From positions 230,729 through 294,728 of the forward strand of contig JBLWGC010000002.1 of assembly GCA_048772705.1 (NCBI GenBank): a stretch of DNA of 64,000 bases. Reading direction: 5' to 3'. Each line of letters starts with the position of its first letter. Positions within the stretch are counted from its first letter, which is position 1. The position numbers were made by a program, and so were the translations under genes. Positions 1-10,832 of this stretch are shown piece by piece. The DNA is from Leidyana gryllorum EB-2025a. Lineage: Eukaryota; Protista; Apicomplexa. Under the pieces are notes generated by a model. It did not search any database and was not told the origin of the DNA. It was given only the letters and a program-made list of their open reading frames with translations.

Positions 1-576
1 ACTCGGGTACTTGGGCCGGGTCCCGTCCGCGTTCCACACACGATCCACCAGATTGTCCTGACCCTTTTCGATACCCTCCATCACCTTGAGGTCTTCGCAT
101 TTACCCTCGAGAGTCTGGAAACTCTCTCCACAACCGCGGTGAATGGGCACCAACTTGACGTTGTGTCCCTCCAACTCCGCTGATACGTCCTTCAGCCACT
201 GCACTGTGTGCACATAAGGGTCAAATCCCACACGGTAACTTCGACCTTGATACTCTCCTCCTCGGGTACGCAGAAACTCTGGAATCGTGGGACATCCTGG
301 AGTTCCGGAACGCTTCAACTCCCACAACTTGTTGTCCAACTGACGCTCGGCTTGCAGGAAGTAACGCCCATCGGTCCACAGATGTGCTGTGGTCAATTCA
401 ATCACAGCAGTACCCGCACTCCCGGTAAATCCCGTCATGTACTCCCGCCGGGCATCAGCTGGCACTGGATATTCACTGTCATGAGCGTCAGTAGTCGGTA
501 CGAAATAGGCGTCAAGTTGATACTTGCCCAGTTCCTTCCTCAAGAGGTCAAGCTTAGTCTTGTTGTCAAACCCCAT
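1..576 (-). CDS. Xaa-Pro aminopeptidase (aminopeptidase P, M24B), N-terminal part; continues beyond the left edge
   Basis: Hand translation from ATG 576: MGFDNKTKLDLLRKELGKYQLDAYFVPTTDAHDSEY...RREYMTGFTGSAGTAVI...LWTDGRYFLQAERQL. DAHxSEY, GFTGSAG and WTDGRY are hallmark motifs of the aminopeptidase P N-domain. Missing from the ORF track, presumably because it has no stop in the window. An upstream exon is possible. Confidence 0.93.
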   Translation of the reverse strand, partial: MGFDNKTKLDLLRKELGKYQLDAYFVPTTDAHDSEYPVPADARREYMTGFTGSAGTAVIELTTAHLWTDGRYFLQAERQLDNKLWELKRSGTPGCPTIPEFLRTRGGEYQGRSYRVGFDPYVHTVQWLKDVSAELEGHNVKLVPIHRGCGESFQTLEGKCEDLKVMEGIEKGQDNLVDRVWNADGTRPKYPS

Positions 577-1254
577 CTTGGCACCTATGCTGAAAGCGAA
601 AGACTCTGTGGTACGACGAACACCAGCAACCGGCTTTGGATAATTCGATTGGGTAGCGAACAATGTCTCAGGAGGTAAAGCTTCACTCGATCTCCAGACT
701 TCTTCGTATCGCTTCTCAGGACGAATCCGAAAGAACGAACTGTAATATCCCAAAGGATTTTCGCTTATGGGAAATCCTTCACACAGCCACCACAAGTTGA
801 GAGCAACAGCACACAACAACATTCTCCGTTTTTGACCTTACCACCGACAAGAGACGCGGGAACTATGGATCCATTGTCGCCAGGTGTCTCTGAAATGCCA
901 TTCTGCTGTCTGACTTTCCACTTTGCCACCGTAGAAATCTGGGATCGCACCGCGGTCAGCCAGCCGCACACGTGTGTGATGGACTTGAAAGGTGGAGGAG
1001 CCTCTGCTTTAGCTTCAACGCTGCGAAGTTTACTTGTTACCAGTGACGTTGTCACCACAACCCCATTGAGACGTTGGTGGTCATCAACGGAGTTGCGGTG
1101 GACGGTCACCAAATATGCCTGAGGGCAGGAAGTATTGCTGCTACTTAAGGTCGTATGTTGGAATTGCTACGTTATGCTAGTTGTTGTTGTACCTTTTCTT
1201 CCTTCGAGGGAAGTTGAGGATACTGAATTTGTGGCGTGCAGACAGGTGTGTAAT

Positions 1255-3027
1255 TTAACGATATCTGGTGGGTTGAGGAGAGTCGTTGCTGTCGGGTGGT
1301 GACTCATTGCTGTCTGGAGGTGACTCGTTGCTGTCTGGTGGTGACTCGTTGCTGTCTGGTGGTGACTCGTTGCTGTTGGGCGAGTCATTTTCGGGAGATG
1401 CGGACTGCGGAGACTCCTCTGAGGGGGGTGTATCGTCGCTGTTGGGTTCCTTGCTGGAGCTACTATCGTCTGAGGGGGGTGATATGCGTGGGGCTGGTGT
1501 GGATTCGGGGGAGACGCTATCGAAGCCGGAGCGGTGAGGGATTGCGTAGAGGTCGGGGCTGGGATCTGGGCTGCCGCTGCTGCCACTACTGCTGCTGTCA
1601 TCGGGGCTGATACTATTTGTGTCATAATCTGGATCTGAGGGGTAGGTGGAGGGGCTGCTTTCCTCTGAGTCCAAAATATGTTGTCTGCGATCGCCGAGGT
1701 GGGGTTCCATGGCATTGTGTCTCCAGCAGCCGTTTCCGGGTTTCTCGAACCAGTTGTATTCGCCGGCTGGTTCGCGTTTTTCTTCGTCGTCGATGTAGAA
1801 AGTGGTTCTGGTCCATTTGGTGCCACTGATCTGTTGGTATTCCCATTGTTCTTTGGCGAGTTTCTCGAAGAAGGGGTCTCTGGGGTCGACTTTGCGGCTG
1901 ACGATGCGTCCGACTTGGACATAGGAAGCTCTGCCTTTGCAGCTTCTGAGCACCTCTGCGAAGAACTGGTGGACGCGGCGGTCCGGGAGGGCGATTTTGT
2001 TGGTTTGGTCGACGAGTTTGATGACTTCACATTTCTTGGGGCTGAGGTCGGCGGGGAGGGGGGCGACTGTGAAGGAGCGAGTGCTCTGGTAGTAGCTAAG
2101 GAGGTAAATGGGGTATCCCGTCTTTGTATAGATGGCTGCGAACTGGACGTCGCTGTCGCGTTTGTTGTATTTGGAGGTGATGATGAGCGGCTGATTGTCG
2201 GGGAGGAGCTTCAAGCGGAGGGCGTCGGTGACAAAGGCGGCGTGATCGTCCATGGCTTTGATAATGTCGTAGTCTTTGGTGTCTGCGACGGCGGGGTCAT
2301 CCGTGGCCATGAACCAACTGGGGTTGGAGCGGATCTCTTTGCGGCACCAGCAGCAAAGGCCGGTGGGTTTGACGTAAAAGAGGATTCCGCGGGTCTCTGG
2401 GTACTGTCGGGAGGCCTCTCCGAAGGTGCTGGTTATCGTCAGACGGTCGTCGCCTTTGTACAAGTGGTCGTCCACGATGAAATCAAAGTTGCGTAATTTG
2501 ATATTCTCGATACCAATGTTCTTCATCAAGTACTGATCGGAGATGTAATACTCTTCGCGAGCGGCTATCTGACGATCCATAAAGACGATCGACGGGGGCC
2601 GCCCTTTGTCCGGGCTCGTCAAGAAAATCTTCTTGCAGTCAGATGGGAACCCCTCCTGACACAACACGGCCACCAACAGATTGATGTTAAACAGCAGAGC
2701 GTGTTTCAGAGACTCCTCTCCCTGTTCCGACGTGAAAATCTCCCAATGATCGCTCCCGTCAGCCAACGCCAACGCAAACAGCCGACCGCCCGCTGTGCTC
2801 AATCTGATCACCGGAAGCAACGGACACACCGGGGGAATGTCTTTGTCACCACCCAGAAACGCCCATCCACCCGGCCAGATCTCCACCAAAATCCTACCGT
2901 ACTCGGCAGCCCAATGATCACTCACAATCATTGACGAGTCCATATCCTGCACATCAAAACCCTCCTTCCGCCACGCATTCGGAATGGCCGTCGCACCAAT
3001 ATTGGCTATATACTTTCGCTGCGTCAT
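1255..3027 (-). CDS. Hypothetical 590-aa intronless protein with Ser/Pro/Asp-rich C-terminal repeats
   Basis: Long ORF with a globular-looking N-terminal ~450 aa and an SNESPPD repeat tail. No family recognised. Confidence 0.75.
   Translation of the reverse strand: MTQRKYIANIGATAIPNAWRKEGFDVQDMDSSMIVSDHWAAEYGRILVEIWPGGWAFLGGDKDIPPVCPLLPVIRLSTAGGRLFALALADGSDHWEIFTSEQGEESLKHALLFNINLLVAVLCQEGFPSDCKKIFLTSPDKGRPPSIVFMDRQIAAREEYYISDQYLMKNIGIENIKLRNFDFIVDDHLYKGDDRLTITSTFGEASRQYPETRGILFYVKPTGLCCWCRKEIRSNPSWFMATDDPAVADTKDYDIIKAMDDHAAFVTDALRLKLLPDNQPLIITSKYNKRDSDVQFAAIYTKTGYPIYLLSYYQSTRSFTVAPLPADLSPKKCEVIKLVDQTNKIALPDRRVHQFFAEVLRSCKGRASYVQVGRIVSRKVDPRDPFFEKLAKEQWEYQQISGTKWTRTTFYIDDEEKREPAGEYNWFEKPGNGCWRHNAMEPHLGDRRQHILDSEESSPSTYPSDPDYDTNSISPDDSSSSGSSGSPDPSPDLYAIPHRSGFDSVSPESTPAPRISPPSDDSSSSKEPNSDDTPPSEESPQSASPENDSPNSNESPPDSNESPPDSNESPPDSNESPPDSNDSPQPTRYR
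1282..1384. repeat. 21-bp coding tandem repeat (about 5 copies) encoding SNESPPD
   Basis: Unit gactcgttgctgtctggtggt repeated with few substitutions. Confidence 0.9.
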
Positions 3028-3094
3028 ATGTGTACTGCCTCCAGATCTTCAAAGTAATGTGTCAATAAACTTCTCATTTCACATGCAACCCTTC

Positions 3095-3150
3095 GACACT
3101 CAGACACATACGACACTCAGACACAGTGAACCTTTGGACACTCAGACACA
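3095..3150. repeat. Three copies of GACACTCAGACACA upstream of the 590-aa gene
   Basis: Exact copies at 3095, 3112 and 3137. Confidence 0.8.
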
Positions 3151-3283
3151 CTATGGTGAGGGGATTTGAAGGGGTTTGAGGGGATTTGAGGGTTTGAATA
3201 AATTTGAGAGTCGGTTTTGTTCTCATCACGTAACGAACGTGGCACTACCATAAAAAGTAACCCTGCCATACCGCTTCCTCTCC

Positions 3284-4342
3284 TCAGTTGGCGGTGGCGT
3301 GGCTCCCCTTAACGTCGATGACGAAGCGGAATTTCACGTCACTCTTCAGAACGCGTTCGTAGGCTTCGTTGATATATTCGCCTTTGATGACTTCGATCAC
3401 CGGAAGCACTTTGTTCTCTCCACAAAAGTCGAGCATCTCCTGCGTCTCTGGGATGCCACCAATGCAGGACCCCAGAATCTGACGCCGTTTCATCAATAAG
3501 GCGAACGCGGGGAGGCTGTCGGGTTCGGCGGTGGGCGGGGCGCCCACCACGATATAGGTGCCGTCTCTCTTGAGCAGGTTCAGGAACTTGTCCAGAGCCT
3601 TCTTGTTGGACACAGTGTCGATGACGACGTCCAGAGATTGGACCTTCGAGGCGTATTCCTCCTCAGTCACCAAAAAGTCCGTGGCGCCCAGCGACTTGGC
3701 CAACTCTCTCTTTGCATCCGAACGAGACAGCACAGTGACTTCGTTGCCAAAGGCAGCGGCAAATTGCAGAGCCATGTGCCCCAACCCCCCGAGGCCCACA
3801 ACCCCGACTTTCTTGCCGCCCTTCTTCAGTCCGCAATGGTTCAGCGGCGAATAAGTGGTAATTCCCGCACACAGCAACGGGGCCGCGCGATCTAAGGGGA
3901 GGGAATCTGGGATCCGTAGGACAAAGTCTTCCGGGACAACGACATACTTCCCATACCCGCCTTGGGTCCGCTCGCCGTCCGGCAGAGTAGTGCCATAAGT
4001 GAGCTCGGCACCATTGCAGTATTGTTGTAAACCCTCCGAACAGTCTTCACATTTGCGACAACTGCCAACCAAACAGCCAACACCTACGCGGTCGCCTTCC
4101 TTGAATTTGGTTACATCGGCTCCCACTTTGCTCACAACGCCGGTAAACTCGTGACCCGGCACCAACGGATAGGTGCTCGGGAACCACTCATCGCGCACAG
4201 AGTGAATGTCAGAGTGACAAATGCCACAGTAAGCAACTTCGATCAAAACATCGTTGGGACGCGGGTCACGGATCTCGTACTTCCACGGGGCCAAAGGAGC
4301 GCTGGCAGCGGGAGCGGCAAATCCAACGTTCTCAACGGGCAT
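3284..4342 (-). CDS. Zn-dependent NADP(H) alcohol/aldehyde dehydrogenase (cinnamyl-ADH/YahK/ADH6 family)
   Basis: CGICHSD, PGHE, structural-Zn CxxCxxC...C, APLLCAGITTYSPL, GLGGLGH, C-terminal FRFVID. Intronless. Confidence 0.96.
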   Translation of the reverse strand: MPVENVGFAAPAASAPLAPWKYEIRDPRPNDVLIEVAYCGICHSDIHSVRDEWFPSTYPLVPGHEFTGVVSKVGADVTKFKEGDRVGVGCLVGSCRKCEDCSEGLQQYCNGAELTYGTTLPDGERTQGGYGKYVVVPEDFVLRIPDSLPLDRAAPLLCAGITTYSPLNHCGLKKGGKKVGVVGLGGLGHMALQFAAAFGNEVTVLSRSDAKRELAKSLGATDFLVTEEEYASKVQSLDVVIDTVSNKKALDKFLNLLKRDGTYIVVGAPPTAEPDSLPAFALLMKRRQILGSCIGGIPETQEMLDFCGENKVLPVIEVIKGEYINEAYERVLKSDVKFRFVIDVKGSHATAN

Positions 4343-5569
4343 TTGCGATTACGGAATGAACGAACGAGTGACTGTGAGTGAGTGATAGCACTGAATAAAT
4401 CTCTCATCAAAGGCGACGGCATGTCTCTGTCCCATTGGGACACCACACTGTCCCAAGAGCCTTTCTGGCGCTCACTGTTTGTCCCATCAGCCATTCTTCT
4501 ACTCACTCACACCCGAGACACAACGAGCATTAGAACTGACTTTAGTAACAAAACTCAACTTACCTGCGGGGTGCAGTGGCTCGATCAAGAAGCGGCCCGC
4601 AGACAGAGGAGCAAACCATTGCACGGATAACCGGTGTTGTGATTCTGTCGGAAGGGCCACATTCGTTGGGCCTTCCACCTGAGATTTTCTGGGAGGGCGG
4701 ACGAGGCTTGTCTCGGCGCCGACGAAACCCCGAGTTTTAAAAACTAGGGTTTGTCAAGTGTTCGAATTATATTGATCAACAGTTTGCGCTCGCGCAACTA
4801 TCGCCCAAATGGCGCTGCAGAGGAAAATCAATGTAATGATACGAGTGGCTGCACTGGAAAAGAACAGTGTGGAGACTTTGGCCCTACCGAAACAACGACG
4901 ACGCTCGTCCGCTAGTAGTATGTCAAGACAGGGACAACTCGCGCAAACGAAGAAGCTGACTGCTACGGACGCGGCTTATATGGGAAACAACAAGTATTTG
5001 CGCGCTATTGTTTGTACACCGCCCGCCAGACCGCCGGAATGGGTGTGTGTGGAGCGCGTGCGTCAGCAACTCATGTCTGCGCCGTGTCGTTTGCGGGCTC
5101 ACAGATCGCCGCCGACGGCTAATATGGCGCAATTGAACGTTAGAAAGCGGCAATTAAACTCGAATTTACCGCCGCAGGGGAAACCAGAAATTCCGCCATT
5201 TCCAGTGGGAACCTCTTCAAGACTGAGTTTCGAGAATTTGATTGTTAATCGTTTCATCTCCTACAATGACACTCACCCCTTTGAGGGTGGGGCCTCGCGT
5301 CAAACGACTACGGCGACCACATCGACTGATCTGTCGAGTGTTATACAGAACGGATTGAGGATTTGGGCGCGAAATAACGCGCAGAACGGAGGCTCGTGTG
5401 TGGGTTGTGGACTGAGTGACGCGGCTGAGTCTCCAGTCTCAGCGCCGCGCACGACTGTGCGCGAGCAATGCGAGGTCGCGCGCGCGCGCGACCGCAAAGA
5501 AAAGCGATCTGAAAGTCAAAGGGACACACAACCGCGTCAAATTCCCGTTCGACGAAAGGAGGCTCGGAT

Positions 5570-7957
5570 ATGGGCATTTCTGCGCAAGTTGGGCGCACTT
5601 CTGATGTTTCGGGTGTGAAAGAGACTGATAATAATAAGACTGATGAAAGAACTGACATTCCGTCTGCTCAACTGGACCCGACCCCCGCGACTGAAACTAC
5701 GACCACCGCTGCTTGTGGCGATACGAGCTTCACCGCCACCTTCACTTTGACCTCGGTAGCGCGGTTTCCGATCTCCTCGTCGTCTGCCTCTTCGCCCGCG
5801 GGTTCAGAGCTCGATAACCCCCCCAAATCGCCACCGGGCGCGGAATCGCGCGGGCCCGAAGTGGGTATCGATGGGTACTTTAAGGCCACCCCGCCCGATC
5901 AGATACCTCTGAATCTGTATCGGAAGTGGCAGAGCCTCACACACTTAGCCGCTGACCCCTCTGTGATAAACGGCGATGAGATTCTACCGGTGTTGGAGTA
6001 CCATCTTCGGCTGTGTCGGGCTGTTGGACGACGCCGAGCTGCAGTGGAGCTCCGCCGAAAGCCGCTGTCGTTACCTCAAGTTGTGCTCGAGTTGATCGAG
6101 TTGGAGCAGTTGGGATGGCTCCGGAAGCACTATCCTCAGGTGCTGACCTCACCGCTGGACGACCAGGGATACACGATTTACCATTGGGCCGCGTGTCGGT
6201 CACTGCCGAGTCTGAAAGCGTTACTGTATAACGATCGATCCATTCTTTCGATCTCATCGACGGACGGAAAGGACCCATTGATGGTGGCGATCCTCGCTCG
6301 GAATTATGAGAGCTTTGAGCTGCTGTGGAAGATTACGGGGATGCGATACCATCAGAACGCGGATGGGTATTACGCCATTCATACCGCCGCACAACTCGAT
6401 GAGGCCGAGTTTCTCAAACGAATGCTTCAGGACGTTTGTCAATCGGATTTCGAAGATCGATACGGCCGAACTCCGCTACACATTGCCGCTCTTTGTAACG
6501 CTGGGGAGGCCATCAAGCTTTTGTGCGCTCAGCCGCGTGACGCGCTGGTCGCCAGCCTCACCCACAAAGACGTCTGCGGCTATGTGCCGCTGGATTACGC
6601 AATTCAGAACGGCCACTTCAAAGCTGCGCTCCTTCTCACAGACTGTGGACGAACGCCGCTCTCGGGACAATTCAATGTGTCTATGTGCATCGCCCTGGAG
6701 AATGGTCACAAGAAGATTGTGCAATGGGTGGTGCATAACTACGGGAGATTGAGGCCGAATGGGCTCTGGTTGCTTCCTAAGGACTCGACTGGGTGCTCAA
6801 TGTGGCTGGCGGCTATGAAGAGAGGGTCGGTTGAGCTCCTCGATATGGTGATGGAAGCCGAGTTTGATCTTTGGGGCGAGATCGACTCGACGAGCCGAGA
6901 AAGCATTCGGGACGAGGACGCCAATGCACTGTGGTACGCGTTCCACAATGGAATGAAAGACGCTTTCCGGTGGTTCTGGTGGAACTTTCCGTCGAAATTT
7001 GAGTGGATGGCTCAGAAACGCATCAAGGCGTATCTGTTGACCCAACGTCACGGAGACGCGCGACGTGTGTTTCGCATCGTCAATGTCCTCCTCCCGGGAC
7101 ACACTGACAGAGAGGCCGTCCAGTGGCTGTTGGATCGCTTCGAGTGCATTTTCAGCGCCGCCACAATCAGAGAGCTGATGCTCCAGTACCCACTGGGGTA
7201 CTCTGTCCTCCATGTTAACCGGGCGCCGCTGAGCATCATACTGATCAGAGATCCCGCGTCGGCTCTGCAGGACTCGTATTTGGGACTCCTGCGATCGTAC
7301 GGGTACGAGATCGACGATGACTGCGGCTTTATGGACGCTCTCGCTGCCGCTCAGCTCGAACCACCGGCACTTCCACGGGCGGCCGATGCGAAAGCCATCG
7401 GCCGCATTAGCGCTCGGTCGATGCTCAGATTCAAACTGAGTCTGCCGCGAAGCGCTCAACGGCGCTTCCGGGACCCAAATATCGCTGACCCGACTCTACG
7501 GTTCATTGCAATGAAAGTCGCGCAAGTGTTCTTGGCCACATTCCTGCGGAGTCTGTGGGCCGAGAAGGAGCTCGAGGGTTTCTGGAACCTGCGGTATTTG
7601 GCGGAACCGCCCCCGCGTAGGCGCCGCCAGAGACCCGAATTAACGATCAGATTCGGCGGAAAGCGCGAGAGGGCGGCGGCAGCGGGAACAGGAACGCCCA
7701 GCGGCCGGGCGGCCCGGGGAGAAGATGTTCGCAGTACGACGATACCCGTCTCCTCGTCTGCGGGAGAGGAGCCGACTTTGGTCGGGGCGAAGAAGAGTGG
7801 TGCGAGACGGCTCGCTTTCCGAAGACGTGGTGGAGATTACGATAGCCGCGCAGTACGTATCACTACGAAGACGACTCCAAACTCAATAATGGATTCTGTA
7901 GTCGACTCTCTCGGGAAAATGGACAGCGTTCTGTCGACGGAGGATTCGAGGCTTTGA
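5570..7957 (+). CDS. Ankyrin-repeat protein
   Basis: 795-aa ORF with ankyrin-like motifs GYTIYHWAA, GKDPLMVAI, GYYAIHTAA, GRTPLHIAA, GYVPLDYAI. Start uncertain. Confidence 0.88.
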   Translation: MGISAQVGRTSDVSGVKETDNNKTDERTDIPSAQLDPTPATETTTTAACGDTSFTATFTLTSVARFPISSSSASSPAGSELDNPPKSPPGAESRGPEVGIDGYFKATPPDQIPLNLYRKWQSLTHLAADPSVINGDEILPVLEYHLRLCRAVGRRRAAVELRRKPLSLPQVVLELIELEQLGWLRKHYPQVLTSPLDDQGYTIYHWAACRSLPSLKALLYNDRSILSISSTDGKDPLMVAILARNYESFELLWKITGMRYHQNADGYYAIHTAAQLDEAEFLKRMLQDVCQSDFEDRYGRTPLHIAALCNAGEAIKLLCAQPRDALVASLTHKDVCGYVPLDYAIQNGHFKAALLLTDCGRTPLSGQFNVSMCIALENGHKKIVQWVVHNYGRLRPNGLWLLPKDSTGCSMWLAAMKRGSVELLDMVMEAEFDLWGEIDSTSRESIRDEDANALWYAFHNGMKDAFRWFWWNFPSKFEWMAQKRIKAYLLTQRHGDARRVFRIVNVLLPGHTDREAVQWLLDRFECIFSAATIRELMLQYPLGYSVLHVNRAPLSIILIRDPASALQDSYLGLLRSYGYEIDDDCGFMDALAAAQLEPPALPRAADAKAIGRISARSMLRFKLSLPRSAQRRFRDPNIADPTLRFIAMKVAQVFLATFLRSLWAEKELEGFWNLRYLAEPPPRRRRQRPELTIRFGGKRERAAAAGTGTPSGRAARGEDVRSTTIPVSSSAGEEPTLVGAKKSGARRLAFRRRGGDYDSRAVRITTKTTPNSIMDSVVDSLGKMDSVLSTEDSRL

Positions 7958-8153
7958 CTGAAACTGACTAATGGAAAGAGGTCTACGCACTTTGCTGTGC
8001 ATTTACGCACTGTAATACTCATTGGTGGTTTGGGATCCAAAGTAAACAGCGGCCAGCTCTACGAGACGTGGAAGGGAAGAGAAGAGAAGAGTCGGCAACA
8101 GAGACTCCTTTGACTTCGGAGAGACGACTCCTAAAAAGTAGCGGAGAGAGATC

Positions 8154-9200
8154 TCACCAGCGCAATCCGTGTTCCTTGAGCAAATTTGCTAAGGTTTCGA
8201 GTTCCCGAAGTTTGCGCCGCGCCGTCTTTCGTGCCTTCTTCCCCAGTTTCAGGGGACCGGCATTCTGACCGCGCGTCTGGAGGACTTTGTGCATATCTTC
8301 GTACAGCAAATTGAGGATCGGCTGAGAATCCCAACGGTCCCTCCCCTGACGTCTGTGGTGAGGAGGCGGTGGCCGACGATTCTGCTGCTGGGGCGGACGC
8401 GGTGGATTCTTCCCTTTGGTGGAACGGCCCCACTTGTGAGACCCAAATTTGGTCATCAACTCGCCGCGCAGAATCCGTTCAATGCTGCGAGGCGTCACAT
8501 CGAGCTGACCGTCCTCGTATTCGAGCTCCGCCGTGTCTCTCCTCCTGTGTAGGAAACCAGTTGGACGCCAGCTGTCAGTACCGGTCGTTGTCACAGTCGA
8601 TGGGATACCCTCATCTTTGACAACTGCTCCACTCGGCTGCTCGCCGACTCCTCCCGCCGCACACGGGGGAGACGGCTCCAACTCTTCCGTTTTCAACGCC
8701 GGCAGGGAACTGTGTTGAGTCTCGACCGCGCCCGACGCGTCCTCCCTGCCACCCGAAGGGGGGGCCAAGGAGTCGCCGTGTTCGCTCGGAAGCGGGAAAG
8801 AGGACGGCTCAGCCGTTGTTGCGATGGGCACATTGTCGTCATCGACCAAAGATGTGTCATCTCCGTCCTCCGGCAATAATTCGTCGCACCCATCGTCTCC
8901 CTCCACCTCCCAACTCTCCTCCCCTTCCGAATCTTTGGCCTCCCCAAAAGGGTAACCAAAGCTGTCAGTGCCCCACAACACTCCTTCTGTCCGACCTGAC
9001 TCACCCCTGGCTCCCTCTGGGGGGAACCACCCAGTCGAGAGCTCATCACCATCTGCCCAGAGGTCGTCCTCAGCACTCACCACTGGCAGTGCGTTAGCTT
9101 CGAGGTCGTCGACTGAATCAGCTTGTGGGAGTCGCACCTCCTCATCCGATTGGCTGACTCGCAACCAATCGTGTCTGTGGCTTGACTGCGCTGTGTACAT
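8154..9200 (-). CDS. Hypothetical protein (acidic N-terminal half, basic C-terminus)
   Basis: 348-aa ATG-initiated ORF; no family recognised. Confidence 0.6.
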   Translation of the reverse strand: MYTAQSSHRHDWLRVSQSDEEVRLPQADSVDDLEANALPVVSAEDDLWADGDELSTGWFPPEGARGESGRTEGVLWGTDSFGYPFGEAKDSEGEESWEVEGDDGCDELLPEDGDDTSLVDDDNVPIATTAEPSSFPLPSEHGDSLAPPSGGREDASGAVETQHSSLPALKTEELEPSPPCAAGGVGEQPSGAVVKDEGIPSTVTTTGTDSWRPTGFLHRRRDTAELEYEDGQLDVTPRSIERILRGELMTKFGSHKWGRSTKGKNPPRPPQQQNRRPPPPHHRRQGRDRWDSQPILNLLYEDMHKVLQTRGQNAGPLKLGKKARKTARRKLRELETLANLLKEHGLRW

Positions 9201-10471
9201 GATACCCGATAATCACACGTAATAAATGTTTCTTGCGTGTTGTTGCGTGTTGTTGCGTGTTGCACGTCTTGTGTGGGATCACAAGGATCAGTTGCACCAT
9301 TATAACGCAACCCCTCTGCCCAAAAGTGCTTCTATTCCTGCTTCCAGTGGCCAATTATGGCACAAACACTGCGTTCCATGTCGCCTGTGAAATCCCAATG
9401 CCTAAACAGCGGCGGAAAGTGAGTACCGCTCTCAGCCCAGTATCCGCTGTGCAAACACTAATCCTTGTCGTGCTGCCATAAACTGGATTTAAAGAAAGTC
9501 AGATCGGTGCGGCGCCAGTCCAAGCCCGAGCCCAAGTCCAAGTGACCAGACGATGTCTCTAAAACCGACACTAGAAGAACTCGCTCAATTCACATAATAC
9601 CTCAATCCTTCACACTCTGATATCGAATTCCCGGTAAGTCAAGACAGGACGTCCGGTGGGAGCCACAACTCGTCCGCCAACGTCTAATAAACGCGTGATG
9701 TGGTGATCACACGCGCCGAGCCGAACAATATGGTACGTCGCTCCCCTCGACGCTCAAAAGAAGAGTCGCAGGCCGACGTCGTACCCGCACAAGGATCGAT
9801 CACAGAACTACGGCGGATCGGAACAAGAATCAATTAATTGCACCTTGGGGAATCTATCACCATCAATACAGTACATACTGGGACATGCCGTTGCTTGTTA
9901 CATGACTAATTCACGATAACACTCTGTGACAGAACTCACTAACAGATAGTCACCGTCAGTGGGGCGATCCAACTGTTATGCTCCCCCCCCGCAACGAAGA
10001 ATTGCGCGACACACACACGTGTGCTTCACTTGGATCTACGATGTCCACTTCAATCAAAATGTCGCTCACTCCCAGCCCACCGTGTCCTATTGCCCCTTCC
10101 AGACTATCGGATTTTCTCTACTTTCCTCAAACATATTCTACAACCTTCTCTACTTGGTCTCTTTCAAAATGATCTTTCCGCATTCTATCTGGCGTCCCTC
10201 CTTTCGAAAAGATCGGAGGGAGACAGTGTCCCTCCGTCAATGGCTGACTTTGTAATCTCGGGCAGTTCTGGGGTTCCTCCACTTGTAGGTGAAGGGTCGG
10301 TCGACTAGGACTATTTGTTTGGGTATTGAAGTGGACTTGGGGGTGTAAGTTTCCTCGATTAGTGTTTGTTGGCGCGACGGAGGTGGTTCAAGGCGGAGGT
10401 AACTGGGGTACCTCTGTCGGTGGATTTGGAGGAGGGGGTATGCGACATTGCGTTATGTCAACTGTTTCTAT

Positions 10472-10489
10472 ATCCAGCAGTTGTCGCCA
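10472..10489 (-). other. Retrotransposon primer-binding site complementary to a tRNA 3' end (probably tRNA-Ser)
   Basis: Plus strand reads ATCCAGCAGTTGTCGCCA, resembling the 3' half of a T-arm plus acceptor stem, G discriminator and CCA. Identical copy at 11221-11238. Confidence 0.75.
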
Positions 10490-10492
10490 TGA

Positions 10493-10829
10493 TGTTTGCG
10501 TCTGAATTAGGAACACGTAGAGGAGTTTTGTTTTGTTAACCCCACCAGCCCCGGTGGAGCTGGTCGGGTTGGATCTAGATCCACCCCCGGTCCGGCAGGT
10601 GATCTGAGGAGGATCTGATTGCTACCATTTGGTAATTTGGTAATTTAAGGGGTTTTGGCGTGCTATCTATGTTCAGGGTTTTGTATAAAAAGGTTGGTGC
10701 AAAAGAGATTCTAACTATGTGTAAGTCCGTGTCTCCGGGGCCGGGCGGCCCGGAAACGGAGACACAGACAACCGACGGTAGTGCCGATTGTAACCAGCGA
10801 ATAACAAGGTAAACTGAGAAGGTGTAACA
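10493..10829 (-). mobile_element. Putative LTR (about 337 bp, TGTT...AACA termini) followed by a primer-binding site
   Basis: Minus strand starts TGTTACAC at 10829 and ends AAACA at 10493, 3 nt before PBS TGGCGACAACTGCTGGAT (10472-10489). No partner LTR seen. Confidence 0.6.
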
Positions 10830-10832
10830 GCT

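Noticed and set aside
208-678. 156-aa + strand ORF
   Set aside because: Antisense shadow of the aminopeptidase P gene.
1167-2496. ORFs 1167-2030 (-) and 1678-2496 (+)
   Set aside because: Alternative-frame or antisense shadows of the 590-aa ORF; no independent motifs.
4809-5618. 269-aa ORF overlapping the ankyrin gene start
   Set aside because: No recognisable motif. Could be UTR or a 5' exon; not supportable as a gene.
9553-9640. Short ATG-initiated segment with a GTAAGT donor-like site
   Set aside because: In-frame stop and no recognisable homology; cannot call a pseudogene.
9980-9991. G8AG tract (minus strand) as the retroelement polypurine tract
   Set aside because: Not followed by TG or by a copy of the candidate LTR.
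10472-10489. tRNA gene
   Set aside because: Only the 3' 18-19 nt including CCA are present; fits a PBS, no cloverleaf.
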